The notes beneath the pieces are model-generated. The model saw only the letters and a list, made by a program, of their open reading frames with translations. It was not told where the DNA came from and ran no database searches. 64,000 bases of DNA, from assembly GCA_963777955.1 (NCBI GenBank), contig CAVZSQ010000013.1, positions 448,001 through 512,000 of the forward strand, given 5' to 3'. Of this stretch, positions 8,925 through 20,536 are shown piece by piece. How positions within the stretch are numbered: position 1 is the stretch's first letter; each line of letters starts with the position of its first letter. Made by a program: the position numbers and the translations under genes. The DNA is from Calditrichia bacterium. Its GTDB lineage: Bacteria; Calditrichota; Calditrichia; JAJRVZ01.

Positions 8925-11910
8925 TCACCCTGCGGCATAAGGCAACTGCAATTCCTTGATAAACGATGAATATTCCTGTTGCCATCCTCCACGATTTTTG
9001 ACCACGGTCAGTATCAATTCATTCTTGGCCCGGGTTATGCCTACATATAACAACCTGCGCTGTTCTTCCATTTTCTTGACCTGGGGCCGGTCATCATCTG
9101 CTTCTTCGCGCAAAGCATGATATCCGGGCATATTATTATTCTCCAATCCCATAATAATTACTTTTTCAAACTCCAGGCCTTTAGCGGCATGGTAAGTTAA
9201 TAACGAAACTGCATTGATATCTTCCAGCTCGTCCTGGGAATTGTTCAGCGAAAGCGTACTAAGAAACTGGGCAATCGCCTCGTCAACCGGCAGGTGATCA
9301 TATTGCTGTGTCATTGCTTTTATCTTGCTCAACAACTGTTCCTGACGGTTAAGGGTCCCGGCAAACGGATTCAATTCTGACAATTTATTATGGATGTCGG
9401 CCGACATTTGAATTTCATTCAACCCGAACTTCGAACAGAATGTGCTTAGAATCTGTGAATAGTGCGTGACTAATCTTCTGGCACCATTGATGAAAAAGAT
9501 GCGATCTTCGTTTTTCTCGATGGCATGTTCCAGAAAATTTCCCAGAGCCACATAATCCAGAAATGATTCCAGAGAAAGTTTTTTACTGAGGGCTAGTTGC
9601 TCCTGCTGCATTTTTTGAAATATCCCGTTCAGGATATACACATCGCTCAGAGCCCGGTGGCGAACTGAATTGCTGATTTCTAACCGTGCCATTAAACTAT
9701 CCACAGAATTGGACAGATCAGGATACAGATTACGGGCCATAGCCAGGGTATCGATACGGCGATTGTTTAATTTATGACCGTCGAACTGCTTAGCCATCCG
9801 GTCCAGTATAATAAAATCAAAACTAAATCCATTATGTGCCACCATTACTTCGTCACCGAGGAAGGCCTTGATTTCAGGCCAGTATTGCTGCAGGGTAGGC
9901 TGATCCCGCACCATTTCCTCCGTTATATGATGAACCGCCAGTGCGCCCGCAGTAATGGCTTGCTGCGGGTTAATTAAAATATTCATTTCCTTAATAATCT
10001 TACCGTTTTCGACCAATGCGGCTGCAAATTCCATAACGGCACATGAGTAGGCATCCTTACCCGTGGTTTCTAAATCCAACACCACATACCGGTCGAAGAG
10101 GATTTTATCATGCTGTGTTGTATACCATTGTAAAAATTTAAACAAAACAGCCAGGGTACCGTTACGTTTCTCATTTTTAAGTCTGTATAACGGTATGACC
10201 CGGTAAAATCCATGCTGTTGTTGTGACGGTTCAAATTCTAAAAGTACCGTTTGCTCCAGCAGCTGCATTTTGCTGATGGCCGGAAAATACGGTTACCGGT
10301 TGTTGTACTAGAGATGCGATTAATTCAGCGGCCAAAAAACAAATTCTTTTATCGGGATGATGAACGCACCAATTATACTGGCCTGCCGTCAGGTCCTGCG
10401 GATCACCAAGGAGATCTGCAACATTTGCGACGGATTCCAGATGAATGTTATAGCGGGTCAGGAAAGAATTCTGTTGTTGCTCAGGCAGGGAATTGATCTG
10501 ATCAATCAGTTTAGACAATGTAAAAAAATATTTTAAATTAAACAGATTGGCAATATGTGTCACCAGCCGCCGCAGTTTAAACTTTGTCTCCAGTCCGATG
10601 GATTTTTCTTCATCCTGATACAATTGTGCGAGAGTTTTACGAAATGAAAGTTTACGCCGGATTGCCTGATCTTTTATAAAATTGTAAAGGGATTGTCCTA
10701 ATTCAGCGCTGCTGAGTTCCTCCAGGGCAACCTGATCCTGAATATCCCGGATCAGGCTTAAATATAACAGGATTTTATTAAGATAAGGATGATCAAGGAA
10801 ACTCCGGCCTTCAGCCATCTGGTAGGGAATTTGATTTTTTAACAGGTAGTCTTCGACAATCTGGCCGATGCGGTGAAAAGGATAGATCAACGCTATCTGT
10901 TTATATTCCAGACTTTGCTGTTGCCAGGTCCTGATTTTCCGCAGGATGTAATCTAGCTCTTCTGAATCGGTTAAAAAGAATTTAACCTCGACCTGATCTG
11001 TACGTCCCGTGTCCACTTTCAGAAATTTACCGGGTTCGATTCTTTCAGTATGGGAAATTATGCGGCTGGCGCATTCTAATATATTCTGACCGCTGCGATA
11101 ATTGATCTCCAGAAAAATTGGTTTTACCTTAAAATCGGCTATAAATCTTCTGATATTTTCCGGATCTGCCCCGCGCCAGGAATAGATCGACTGATCATCA
11201 TCGGCGACCACAAAGATATTTTTATGTTCTCCCGCCAACAGGCACAAAACGTCATATTGTACCGGATCGGTATCCTGGAATTCATCAACCAGAATGGCCG
11301 GATATAAAAACTGATATTCCTGCAGAATATCAGGATGATCGCTGAGCAATTTACGCGCCTGAACCAGGATATGATCAAAATCGATCAGGTGGTGCTTTTT
11401 TAAATGATTCATATATTCTGTATACCGTTCACGGCTGAAAAGAGGCAATTCTTTGCCTTTGATGATATGATTTGAGTAAGCCAGTGACATCCCCTTTACT
11501 TTAGCTTCAATATCTTCCCGGATATACGGTGCACATAAATTTTTTAACAGGTGCCTGAGGTATTCAGGGTTGGCCACCGAAAAATACTTGCTCAACTCAA
11601 GATGATGATGATACTTGCGCAGTAGACGCAGCATAAAGGAATGAAAAGTACTTATGGTTACCGGCTCGGCTGACTGGCCGATAAGTTGATGCAACCTGGA
11701 TCTCATCTCAGCGGCGGCCTTATTGGTAAAAGTGACCGCCAGTATCTTCTCCGCCTCTATTCCCTGCTGTCTGATCAACCAGGCGATCCGTGAAACCAGT
11801 AAACGGGTTTTGCCTGAACCGGGTCCGGCTAAAATTAAAACAGCACCTGCAGGTTGCTGCACCGCTGCTAACTGTTGTTTATTTAAGTCAGAAAAAATTT
11901 CTGAATTCAT
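8925..11910 (-). CDS. UvrD/PcrA-family helicase with inserted DEDDh (DnaQ-like) 3'-5' exonuclease; split into ORFs 10231-11910 and 8925-10268 by one apparent +1 indel near 10270-10300
   Basis: AGPGSGKT, VDEFQDT and QSIYSWRGA in the upstream ORF; exonuclease VLDLETTG/AHNGFSFD/HRALSDV plus helicase motifs V (TYHAAKGLEF) and VI (EEQRRLLYVGITRAK) in the downstream ORF. Confidence 0.85.
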
Positions 11911-12114
11911 CGGTCTGGATTTCTACCCATTTTTATTAAGTCTGTGACCTTTTCAGCAATGATTCAATGCAAATATTGGGCCGTTTTACCCGGAATCTTA
12001 TATTTTTTTAGAAAACCGGCAGACGGGATTTATTTTAATCATGGGGTAAATAATATTGCAGGTTGTTGGTGCAGATGCAGGTGCACAGCAAAAGTTCAGG
12101 ATCCGCAGCACTCC

Positions 12115-12567
12115 TCATTTTAAATCTGTTACTAAAAAATCACCCGGTTGCCAGGTTTCAACCTTCAACTTATTATCCCGGTAGACCTTAAAACGATCAC
12201 GACTGGAATTTAAAAGCGTGGAATCATATTTCTCGGCAAAATCGATCACTTGTTCAAATTTAAGTACCGTATCCAGCGCTACGGGATGGGCTAAAAGCAA
12301 AACCTCGAATCCGGGATTATTTTCAATGTGCGTCGTTAAAATAACGGGTTCCAAGACCTTATAACTTAATTGCTGGCTATATAAATGCGGAATAAAACTT
12401 GCCTGTTTCCAGATCCACAGCAGGTGATCTAATTCATTCCCCTGCTCGGCATTCTTTACCTGTATTACTACTTTTTTCCCGGCCAGATAGAATTTTTCGG
12501 TAAGTTCGCAGATTAATTTCTGTTTGGTATCATTACTCAGAACTAAAAAACAAACCTGTGTATCCAA
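12115..12567 (-). CDS. holC: DNA polymerase III chi subunit-like protein
   Basis: LDHLLWIWKQASFIPH and SRDRFKVYR match the HolC LD..LW.....F.PH and R.R...Y motifs; 150 aa. Confidence 0.8.
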   Translation of the reverse strand: MDTQVCFLVLSNDTKQKLICELTEKFYLAGKKVVIQVKNAEQGNELDHLLWIWKQASFIPHLYSQQLSYKVLEPVILTTHIENNPGFEVLLLAHPVALDTVLKFEQVIDFAEKYDSTLLNSSRDRFKVYRDNKLKVETWQPGDFLVTDLK

Positions 12568-12571
12568 TCGC

Positions 12572-13243
12572 TTAAAACCTTTGTGCTATTTCAAAGCGAA
12601 TTTCAAACATTGAATGGTTGCTGCGTTCACCTATTTTTTCAGAAAATGGAATGATGCGGTACTGGGCCCGAATTGAAACCAGGCTATTTGATTTGACGCT
12701 GAAATCTATCCCGCAACCGACATATCCGCCAAAGGCCCAGGCAAATTCATCCTTTTTCTGATAAGTACTGGAATCGGTACTTATTTCCGCTTCCGGGTAA
12801 TTCATCCCGTAGATCGGGCCCACCGCTAAACTGAGAAACGGCCGAAAGTCATCTGATAGATCATCTCTGAACAATCTTCTTTTCGCGGTAAGCAGCAGAT
12901 CAAACAGATAGACATTATTCTGTTTGTTTATGGTATAAGGTATCCCATAATAGTAATCATAAAAATCTATTTGTTTTGAATCCCTTAATAGAAATGCATC
13001 GAATCCGATTCCAAAATGATAATCGGGTAACAGGGGCCAGGTCATAAACAGACCTAAACTGGAGCCGGATTCAGCCATGGCAAAACCCAGGCCGCCCTGG
13101 CGCTTTAGGTCATAAGGTGTTTCAGCACCCGGATCATAATCCTGTGCTGATAATATCGAGCACAGCAAGACCAGGATCAGGTACAGCTGAATCTTAGAAA
13201 TATATATTTTCGCGTAAAATGAAGAGCAACTGACATTGATCAT
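12572..13243 (-). CDS. Putative small outer-membrane beta-barrel protein
   Basis: Signal-like hydrophobic stretch, alternating aromatic/Gly strands, C-terminal Phe (FEIAQRF). Confidence 0.6.
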   Translation of the reverse strand: MINVSCSSFYAKIYISKIQLYLILVLLCSILSAQDYDPGAETPYDLKRQGGLGFAMAESGSSLGLFMTWPLLPDYHFGIGFDAFLLRDSKQIDFYDYYYGIPYTINKQNNVYLFDLLLTAKRRLFRDDLSDDFRPFLSLAVGPIYGMNYPEAEISTDSSTYQKKDEFAWAFGGYVGCGIDFSVKSNSLVSIRAQYRIIPFSEKIGERSNHSMFEIRFEIAQRF

Positions 13244-13332
13244 ATGGCAAATCCGTTTGGTATTTGATACTGGACGTTAATGTTATATTGTATTATCCAA
13301 TTAAAACGGAGGAAAATTAATACTGTTCCCCT

Positions 13333-15687
13333 CTATTTCTTTTTATTCGCATCAGCCGTTATGGCCAGACTGATTACTTCATCCATATCTTTGACAAAAT
13401 GAAATTGCAGATCATTAATATTATGTGCCGGGATTTCTTCCAGATCTTTCTTATTTTTTTCCGGAAGGATGATAGTGGAGATACCCGCGCGTTTAGCAGC
13501 CAGAATTTTTTCTTTTATTCCCCCCACGGGTAAGATCATACCGCGCAGCGTTATTTCACCGGTCATGGCCAGATCGCCGCGCACACATTTTCCGGTGAAC
13601 AAGGAATAAAGCGCGGTAAACATGGTTACTCCAGCCGAGGGGCCATCCTTGGGTATCGCACCGGCGGGAACATGGATATGAATGTCATATTTTTCGTGGA
13701 AGTCGGTTTCAATTTTATATTTTTCGCAATTGGAGCGCAAATAACTCAGGGCGGCTGAAGCAGATTCTTTCATCACTTCACCCAGTTTACCGGTCAGGAT
13801 CAGATTGCCCTTTCCCTTCATTTTCGATGCTTCGATAAACAGGATATCGCCGCCTACCGGAGTCCAGGCCAGACCGGTAGCTACACCAGGCCGCGAGGTT
13901 CGTTCGGCAACTTCGGAGTAAAAGCGTTCGGGACCCAGGTATCTGGAGATCATGGCCGGAGTGATTTTACGGCCGGTTACTTTTCGCTCGACTATTTCCT
14001 TGGCTACGCCGCGGGCGATGGAGGCAATTTCCCTCTCCAGATTACGCACCCCCGCTTCACGGGTATAACGTGTGATCAGAACCTGAAGGGCTTTGCCGGT
14101 AAAAGATATCTGCTCCGTGCTTAAACCGTGGGCATTGAGTTGTTTGGGGATCAGGTACTTTTCAGCAATTCTTAATTTCTCTTCTTCCGTATATCCATTG
14201 ATCTCGATAATCTCCATGCGGTCTTTTAAAGCCGGCGGAATCGGATCCGGCATATTTGCCGTAGCAATAAACATCGCCTTGGAGAGATCGAAAGGAACCT
14301 CCAGGTAGTGATCGGTAAAAGAAAAATTTTGTTCAGGATCAAGTACTTCCAGTAAAGCTGAAGAAGGATCACCGCGGAAGTCCATTCCGAGTTTATCGAT
14401 TTCATCAAGCATGATCAGCGGATTACTGGAGCCCAGTTTTTTAATCTCCTGAATAATACGTCCGGGCAGGGCACCGACATAAGTACGGCGGTGTCCGCGA
14501 ATTTCGGCTTCATCACGAACGCCCCCCAGAGACATCCGGGAAAACTTTCTGCCCAGGGCCCGGGCAATCGAGCGGCCCAGACTGGTTTTACCTACTCCCG
14601 GAGGCCCGATAAAGCACAGGATGGGACCTTTCATCTCTGCTTTGATCTGACGTACCGCCAGATATTCCAGGATACGTTTCTTGACTTTTTCCAGGCCATA
14701 GTGATCTTCTTCCAGAATCTGCTCGGCCTCTTGTATCTCCAGACGATCTTTCGTTTTCTTGGACCAGGGCATTTCCAGCAGCCAATCAAGATAGGTCCGC
14801 GAAACCGTATATTCACTGGCCATCGGGGACATGCGGGCCAGACGGTTTAATTCCTTTTCGGCAACTTTAAAAACATCTTCGGGCATTTTTGTCTGGGCTA
14901 ATTTCTGCCGTAATTCTTCTATCTCAGTACTTTCATCCTCGTATTCACCCAACTCTTTTTTAATCGCTTTCAACTGTTCGCGCAGATAATAATGCCGCTG
15001 TGTTTTATTTAACTCGCCCTGTACCTCGCTTTGTATCTTTGAACCCAGTTCCAATACCTGCAGTTCTTTATTGAGCAGGTAATGGACGCGTTCCAGACGT
15101 GTCTTTACATCAACGATTTCCAGAATTTCCTGTTTTTCGCTGACGGTGAAATTGATCTGCGAGGCAATAATATCGGTTAATTTTGCCGGATCTTCGGTAT
15201 TCAGCACCATGACCCGGTGTTCACTGGTCAGGTAAGGTGACAGATCCACTATTTTCTGGAAAAGCATTTTCAAATTATTGATCAAGGCTTCGATTTCCAC
15301 ATTCCGCTGCACCGTTTCCTGGGCGGGTAGAACAGTGGCTTCAAAATGCGGTTCCTGCTGGGCATAACCGACAATATGTATCCGGTACATCCCCTGGACA
15401 ATAAGTTGTTCACTGCCATCGGGCATTTTAAATTTCTTGAGAATCATGGCCGCAGTGCCCCAATCGTACAGATCTTCGATCTTGGGTTCTTCTATATTCC
15501 CGTCCCGCTGGGCCACCAGACCGATGATGCGGTTCTCATCATCCATATATTTCAACAGGTTAAGTGATCGTTGCCGCCCCACAGCCAGGGGTATAACCTG
15601 ATGTGGGAAGACAACCGTATTCCTCAATGGCATGATTGGCAGAACTTCCTTTAATTCCACGCTTTTATCACCCGGAGTGTGAGCCAT
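13333..15687 (-). CDS. lon: ATP-dependent protease La (LonA)
   Basis: LON N-domain, [21 protein letters not shown], catalytic PKDGPSAG and [10 protein letters not shown]. Confidence 0.97.
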   Translation of the reverse strand: MAHTPGDKSVELKEVLPIMPLRNTVVFPHQVIPLAVGRQRSLNLLKYMDDENRIIGLVAQRDGNIEEPKIEDLYDWGTAAMILKKFKMPDGSEQLIVQGMYRIHIVGYAQQEPHFEATVLPAQETVQRNVEIEALINNLKMLFQKIVDLSPYLTSEHRVMVLNTEDPAKLTDIIASQINFTVSEKQEILEIVDVKTRLERVHYLLNKELQVLELGSKIQSEVQGELNKTQRHYYLREQLKAIKKELGEYEDESTEIEELRQKLAQTKMPEDVFKVAEKELNRLARMSPMASEYTVSRTYLDWLLEMPWSKKTKDRLEIQEAEQILEEDHYGLEKVKKRILEYLAVRQIKAEMKGPILCFIGPPGVGKTSLGRSIARALGRKFSRMSLGGVRDEAEIRGHRRTYVGALPGRIIQEIKKLGSSNPLIMLDEIDKLGMDFRGDPSSALLEVLDPEQNFSFTDHYLEVPFDLSKAMFIATANMPDPIPPALKDRMEIIEINGYTEEEKLRIAEKYLIPKQLNAHGLSTEQISFTGKALQVLITRYTREAGVRNLEREIASIARGVAKEIVERKVTGRKITPAMISRYLGPERFYSEVAERTSRPGVATGLAWTPVGGDILFIEASKMKGKGNLILTGKLGEVMKESASAALSYLRSNCEKYKIETDFHEKYDIHIHVPAGAIPKDGPSAGVTMFTALYSLFTGKCVRGDLAMTGEITLRGMILPVGGIKEKILAAKRAGISTIILPEKNKKDLEEIPAHNINDLQFHFVKDMDEVISLAITADANKKK

Positions 15688-15864
15688 ATTTTCTCCTGTT
15701 TTATACAGCTAACGTAAGTTCTACAAAAAAAATGCCAACTTTTTTAAATAAAGTTAACTTTTATATAATCAATTGGTTACATTTTTTACGAAAAAACCCC
15801 CCGATTTTAAATTCTGTCAATATGTCAGGGGCATAGTCTTCATTGCTATCAGCCGTTGACCGGT

Positions 15865-17433
15865 TTAATCATTATTTCTCTCCAGGACGGTACGAATTTT
15901 TTTCATCAGGGTCACGGCGTTAAACGGTTTTTGCAGAAAATGCACAGGATCCCTTAACAACTCCTGTTCCGCCAGAACGGTATCGGTATAACCGGACATG
16001 AATAAGAATTTATTACGCGGATAGACCGGTCGGATCTTATTGGCAAATTCTATTCCGCTCATTTGCGGCATGACAATATCAGTTAATATCAGGTCTATCG
16101 TGTCTTTATGTTTTTCATAAATCGTAAAAGCATTACTGGCATTGGGAGCTTCCAGTACCGTATAACCGTAGAAGCGCAGCATCTCACTGACTAATTCCCG
16201 TACTTCCTTCTCATCATCAATCACCAGGATGGTTTCATAACCACGCAAACTCTGATCGCTGCTGACAGTTTTTTCAATCACCTCAACTTTTTCATCAAAT
16301 TGCGGTAAATATATCTTGATCGTCGTGCCCTTGCCGGTTTCACTGTACAGCCAGACAAATCCATCACTCTGTTTCACCGTTCCGTAAACTGTGGCCAGGC
16401 CCATACCGGTACCTTTACCCTTCTCCTTTGTGGTAAAAAAGGGTTCGAAAACATGATCTTTAATTTTATCATTCATGCCCTTACCCGTGTCGCTGATGAC
16501 CAGCAGGATATAAGATCCCGGTTTAACCATCGGTCGTTTTTTTATATAAGCACTATCCAGAATGACATTCATCGTCTCGATTATTACTTTACCCCCTTCC
16601 GGCATGGCGTCGCGGGCATTCAACAACAGATTGATCAGGACCTGCTCTAACTGAGCCGGATCGGCTTTGATATTTCCATGAATATTCTTCAAAGACAGCA
16701 TCAACTGAATTTTTTCGCCCAGAATTTGTTGTAACCTGGTTTTCATACTCTGGATCAGTTGATTAAGATTCAGAATTTTTGGCTGCAGCAATTGTTGCCG
16801 GCTGAAGGCTAACAATTTTTGGATCAGCGATTCAGCACGTTTGGATGAAATATCGATCTGACGTACATGTTCATAGTCGCTTTGGTTTTCATCCATGTTC
16901 AGGGTCAGTTTGGCGCAATGGCCCTGGATGACCGTCAATATATTATTAAAATCATGAGCCAGACCTCCGGCCAACTTGCCGATGGCTTCCAACCTCTGGG
17001 CCTGCCGGTACTGCTCCTCCAATTTTTTACGTCCGCTGATATCGCTGAATAGCAGCAAATAATATAATAAATGCTGCTCGCCGGAATAAACCGGTATACC
17101 CTGGCACTGCACAAATAACCTTTCACCCTCTTTATTAGGGATGACCAGGGAATCAAAATCAAACGGCTGACTGTGCTCAATCAGATTTTTAAAATAAGTT
17201 TCTGCACCGACTTCGTTCAACGGCAACAAATCATACACTGATATCTTCCTGGCCAGATAATCATGATCGAGGTTCAGTAAATTTAAAAATGCCCGGTTAG
17301 CCGATGTAATCAGTCCTTCCTGATCCAGGGTAATAAGGGCATTCGGCAAAGCATCTATGAGTGCAGCAAATTCGCTTCCTGCCGGTAAGATAGATGTCAT
17401 ACTCCTGCTGAGCCGGGATAGTGTTGTGATCAT
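15865..17433 (-). CDS. Cytoplasmic hybrid histidine kinase (PAS-HisKA-HATPase-REC, CckA/NtrB type)
   Basis: AGGLAHDFNNIL, NARDAMPEGG, FEPFFTTKEKGKGTGMGLA; receiver ILVIDD...LTDIVMPQMSG...FLQKPF. Confidence 0.93.
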   Translation of the reverse strand: MITTLSRLSRSMTSILPAGSEFAALIDALPNALITLDQEGLITSANRAFLNLLNLDHDYLARKISVYDLLPLNEVGAETYFKNLIEHSQPFDFDSLVIPNKEGERLFVQCQGIPVYSGEQHLLYYLLLFSDISGRKKLEEQYRQAQRLEAIGKLAGGLAHDFNNILTVIQGHCAKLTLNMDENQSDYEHVRQIDISSKRAESLIQKLLAFSRQQLLQPKILNLNQLIQSMKTRLQQILGEKIQLMLSLKNIHGNIKADPAQLEQVLINLLLNARDAMPEGGKVIIETMNVILDSAYIKKRPMVKPGSYILLVISDTGKGMNDKIKDHVFEPFFTTKEKGKGTGMGLATVYGTVKQSDGFVWLYSETGKGTTIKIYLPQFDEKVEVIEKTVSSDQSLRGYETILVIDDEKEVRELVSEMLRFYGYTVLEAPNASNAFTIYEKHKDTIDLILTDIVMPQMSGIEFANKIRPVYPRNKFLFMSGYTDTVLAEQELLRDPVHFLQKPFNAVTLMKKIRTVLERNND

Positions 17434-17585
17434 AACCAGACATATTATATTTCCTCTACTGACTGATTATCTCTTCCTGCCAAAGAAGTAGAAGAGTTTA
17501 TTGCGTCAGGAAGAACCGCTTGAGAAATATATTTTATATATTCAATATTAATTAACATTAAAGCTAAGATAAAGAAACCAATAAC

Positions 17586-18873
17586 TCAACACTGTAATTT
17601 TCTGCGCAGCAAAGCATATTCACCCGGAGGATTTTGACAGGGTATCCTGACATCTTTGCCGCCGCCATGAGCTATTTCGACTTTTTCACCGTCCAGGGTA
17701 TAAATGGCTTCTACTTTGAGAACCTGGTTGTCCTGTGGCGTGATTATTTCTAATTCTTCGCCGCTGCAGATGCGGTTGCGTACGCTTACCTGCATCAAGT
17801 TACCGCGGGGATCCGGATTACGTATAATGCCGCAATACTGATGAGTACAATTAGCCGGCTGGCTTTCCGTATAGTTTTCACCGGATGCCCGCGGATTAGA
17901 TTCCAGAAATCCGCTGCTATATTCACGGTTTGCTACACTGAACAACTCCTGTTCCGCGGCCTGATCATAAGCTCTTCCGGCCAGCAGATTATCAATAGCC
18001 CGGCGATAAGCCCGGGTAGTTACACTGACATAATAAACCGATTTGGACCGGCCTTCAATCTTAAAACTGTTTACGCCGGCGGCAGCGAGTTGATCAAGCA
18101 AACCTACGGCACAAAGATCCTTGGCATTCATAATATAGGTACCGTGTTCATCCTCATCAATTGGCATAAACTGGCCGGGACGCTCGTTTTCTTCCAGATA
18201 ATATTTTCCATTCAGCGGTTGATAATCCTCCAACGGCGGTTGATCCGGCTGATCCTGATAAAGCCGGTATAACCAGCGACAACTATTGGTACATATCCCC
18301 TGATTGGGATCACGGAAATTAAAGTAATTGGAGAGCAAGCATCTGCCCGAGTAGGCTACACAAACCGCTCCGTGAACGAAACATTCCAATTCAATCTCAG
18401 GAACTTTTTGCCTGATTTCGGCAATTTCGGAGATCGCTAATTCCCGGGACAGGATAATCCTGTCCACGCCGATCTCTTTCCAGAATTTAACACTGACCCA
18501 ATTTACCGTATTGACCTGCGTCGACAAATGTATCGGAATTTGGGGACATAATTCTTTGGCCAGCAGGATAACTCCGGGATCTGATATAATAATCGCATCC
18601 GGCCGTTTTTGGCGCTAACCAGGTTAAAGATGACTTAACCGCTTCAATTTTGCGGTTATGGGGAAATATATTCAGGGTCAGATAGATTTTCCTGTCCGAC
18701 TGATGACAGTACTCGATGGCCTCGGCCAGGATCTCTGTGCTGAAGTCATTTTCGCGGGCACGCAGTGAATACCTGGGGATGCCTGCGTATACGGCATCAG
18801 CTCCATAGGCCAACGCGTATTTCAGTTTTTCAAAATTTCCTGCAGGCGATAATAATTCAACTTTAACTTTCAT
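17586..18873 (-). CDS. U32 family protein, TrhP/YegQ-like (tRNA hydroxylation); split by an extra base in the T5 run at about 18607-18611
   Basis: ELLSPAG, GADAVYAG, FVHGAVCVAYSGRCLLS, CTNSCRW and KIEGRSK; removing one base joins ORFs 18487-18873 and 17586-18527. Confidence 0.88.
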
Positions 18874-19065
18874 TATATCCGGCGCTCAGTGATTTTGTAA
18901 ATTTAGTAACTCCCGGGAAGCAGTTCCAGAACTTTAAATTTAAAATATATTTTGCCGGAAGTTCGACATATTTTCAGCAACATTAATGCTCATTTCTGTC
19001 GAAGAGGTTTTAAGATTTTACTTGAATTGAGTAAGCGGGACAAATATATTCGATAGAAAATCCAT

Positions 19066-20502
19066 ATGAGCAAAAATTATACTGACCTGAGTTTTCTGCA
19101 AACTGCCGATTCACGGCGGGTCTATATCCTGGATACCAATGTTCTGCTGCACGATCCGGCTTCTATCTTCCGTTTTGACGAACATATAGTACTGATCCCT
19201 TTTCTGACCATTGAAGAAATTGACACCATCAAAAATGATCCTGGTATAGGTTTTAATGCCCGGGACCTGAGCCAGAAACTTGAAATGCTCAGTTCCCGCC
19301 AGGATGACAACACCAGTATTCCCATTCCAAACGGTAAAGAGGGACTCTTATCCTATTTAACCGGTTACATATCAAAATCTTTTCCTGAAGAACTGGATCT
19401 GAAATATAAAGACAACACCATGCTGGCCCAGGTACTGGGCTTAAAGGAAAATTTTCCAAACCGTGATTTTATTTTTGTCACCAAAGACCGGAATCTGCGT
19501 ATAAAGTGCCGCGCCCTGGGCATACACACCGAAGATTACAAACATGATAAAATCAGTGAAGAATACCTGACCAGTTTTTTTCAAACCACCAAAGAAGTTA
19601 CCCTCAGCGTGGAAGAAATCAACGAGATCTTTACCGCCAAGGAAGGTAATAAATGGAATTTACCCTACCGGAAAAAATGGCGGCTGCGTGAGAACGAAGG
19701 AATTGTCCTGAACGATGCTTCCGGCGAATTTTTTGGACTGGGTATCCGCAAGGGTGAAATATTGCACTATATAGATTATAATTCGATCAGAGTTCTGGGT
19801 ACTGCTCCTAAAGCTCTGGATGATAAAAATTACTCGTATAATTTTGAACAGGCGATTTGCATGTACCAGGCTCTCGATGACGATATCAGGGTACAGATCA
19901 TCATCGGACGGGCCGGTACCGGTAAAACACATATCGCCATGGCCGCAGCCATGGAAAAAGTACTGAAAGAAAAAAAATACGAAAGTATAAAATTAATTAA
20001 ACCCATTGTTACCAAAAGCCGGCTGGGTGAAGATATCGGTTTTTTGCCCGGTTCCCTGCGGCGCAAATTGATCCCCAAGATGCGGCCGTTTATCGAAAAA
20101 CTGCGCCAGTTCAGCACCGAGGATACAAGCCCCGATGATGCGGGATATCAAAAATTGCTGGATTCCGGTATGATCGAATTGATAAATCTGGCTGATGTAC
20201 GCGGGGCCGATTTAGCTGATGCTATAGTCATTTTTGACGAAGCTCAGAACGCTAATCCTTTTCAGATGCGTACGCTGGGTACACGCCTGGGTGAGAATAC
20301 AAAATTGATTGTACTGGGTGATCCTACTCAGATTGATAGTATCTATCTGGATAAATATTCCAATGCTTTGATTAATTTATACCTTAACTCCATAAAAAAT
20401 CCTGCGCCGTTCCTGGCACAGGTTTGCCTGATCCAGATGGTCCGCTCGCATACCTCCCGCTGGTTTGAGGAGGTCATTCAATCCAACCAGGAAAAATATT
20501 AG
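19066..20502 (+). CDS. PIN domain-PhoH family ATPase (PhoH2/YlaK type)
   Basis: YILDTNVLLHDP and FVTKDRNLRIK (PIN); GRAGTGKT, IGFLPG, DEAQN and GDPTQID (PhoH). Confidence 0.9.
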   Translation: MSKNYTDLSFLQTADSRRVYILDTNVLLHDPASIFRFDEHIVLIPFLTIEEIDTIKNDPGIGFNARDLSQKLEMLSSRQDDNTSIPIPNGKEGLLSYLTGYISKSFPEELDLKYKDNTMLAQVLGLKENFPNRDFIFVTKDRNLRIKCRALGIHTEDYKHDKISEEYLTSFFQTTKEVTLSVEEINEIFTAKEGNKWNLPYRKKWRLRENEGIVLNDASGEFFGLGIRKGEILHYIDYNSIRVLGTAPKALDDKNYSYNFEQAICMYQALDDDIRVQIIIGRAGTGKTHIAMAAAMEKVLKEKKYESIKLIKPIVTKSRLGEDIGFLPGSLRRKLIPKMRPFIEKLRQFSTEDTSPDDAGYQKLLDSGMIELINLADVRGADLADAIVIFDEAQNANPFQMRTLGTRLGENTKLIVLGDPTQIDSIYLDKYSNALINLYLNSIKNPAPFLAQVCLIQMVRSHTSRWFEEVIQSNQEKY

Positions 20503-20536
20503 TCGGAGATTAGTCTCCGACCAATCTCCGACTAAT
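20498..20536. terminator. 14-bp perfect inverted repeat between convergent genes, possible bidirectional terminator
   Basis: ATTAGTCGGAGATT-11 nt-AATCTCCGACTAAT; no clear U-tail. Confidence 0.5.

Noticed and set aside
18600..18615. Programmed frameshift or phase-variable tract in the U32 gene
   Set aside because: Only a 5-base homopolymer, and it shows the same +1 pattern as many unrelated genes, so sequencing error is more parsimonious
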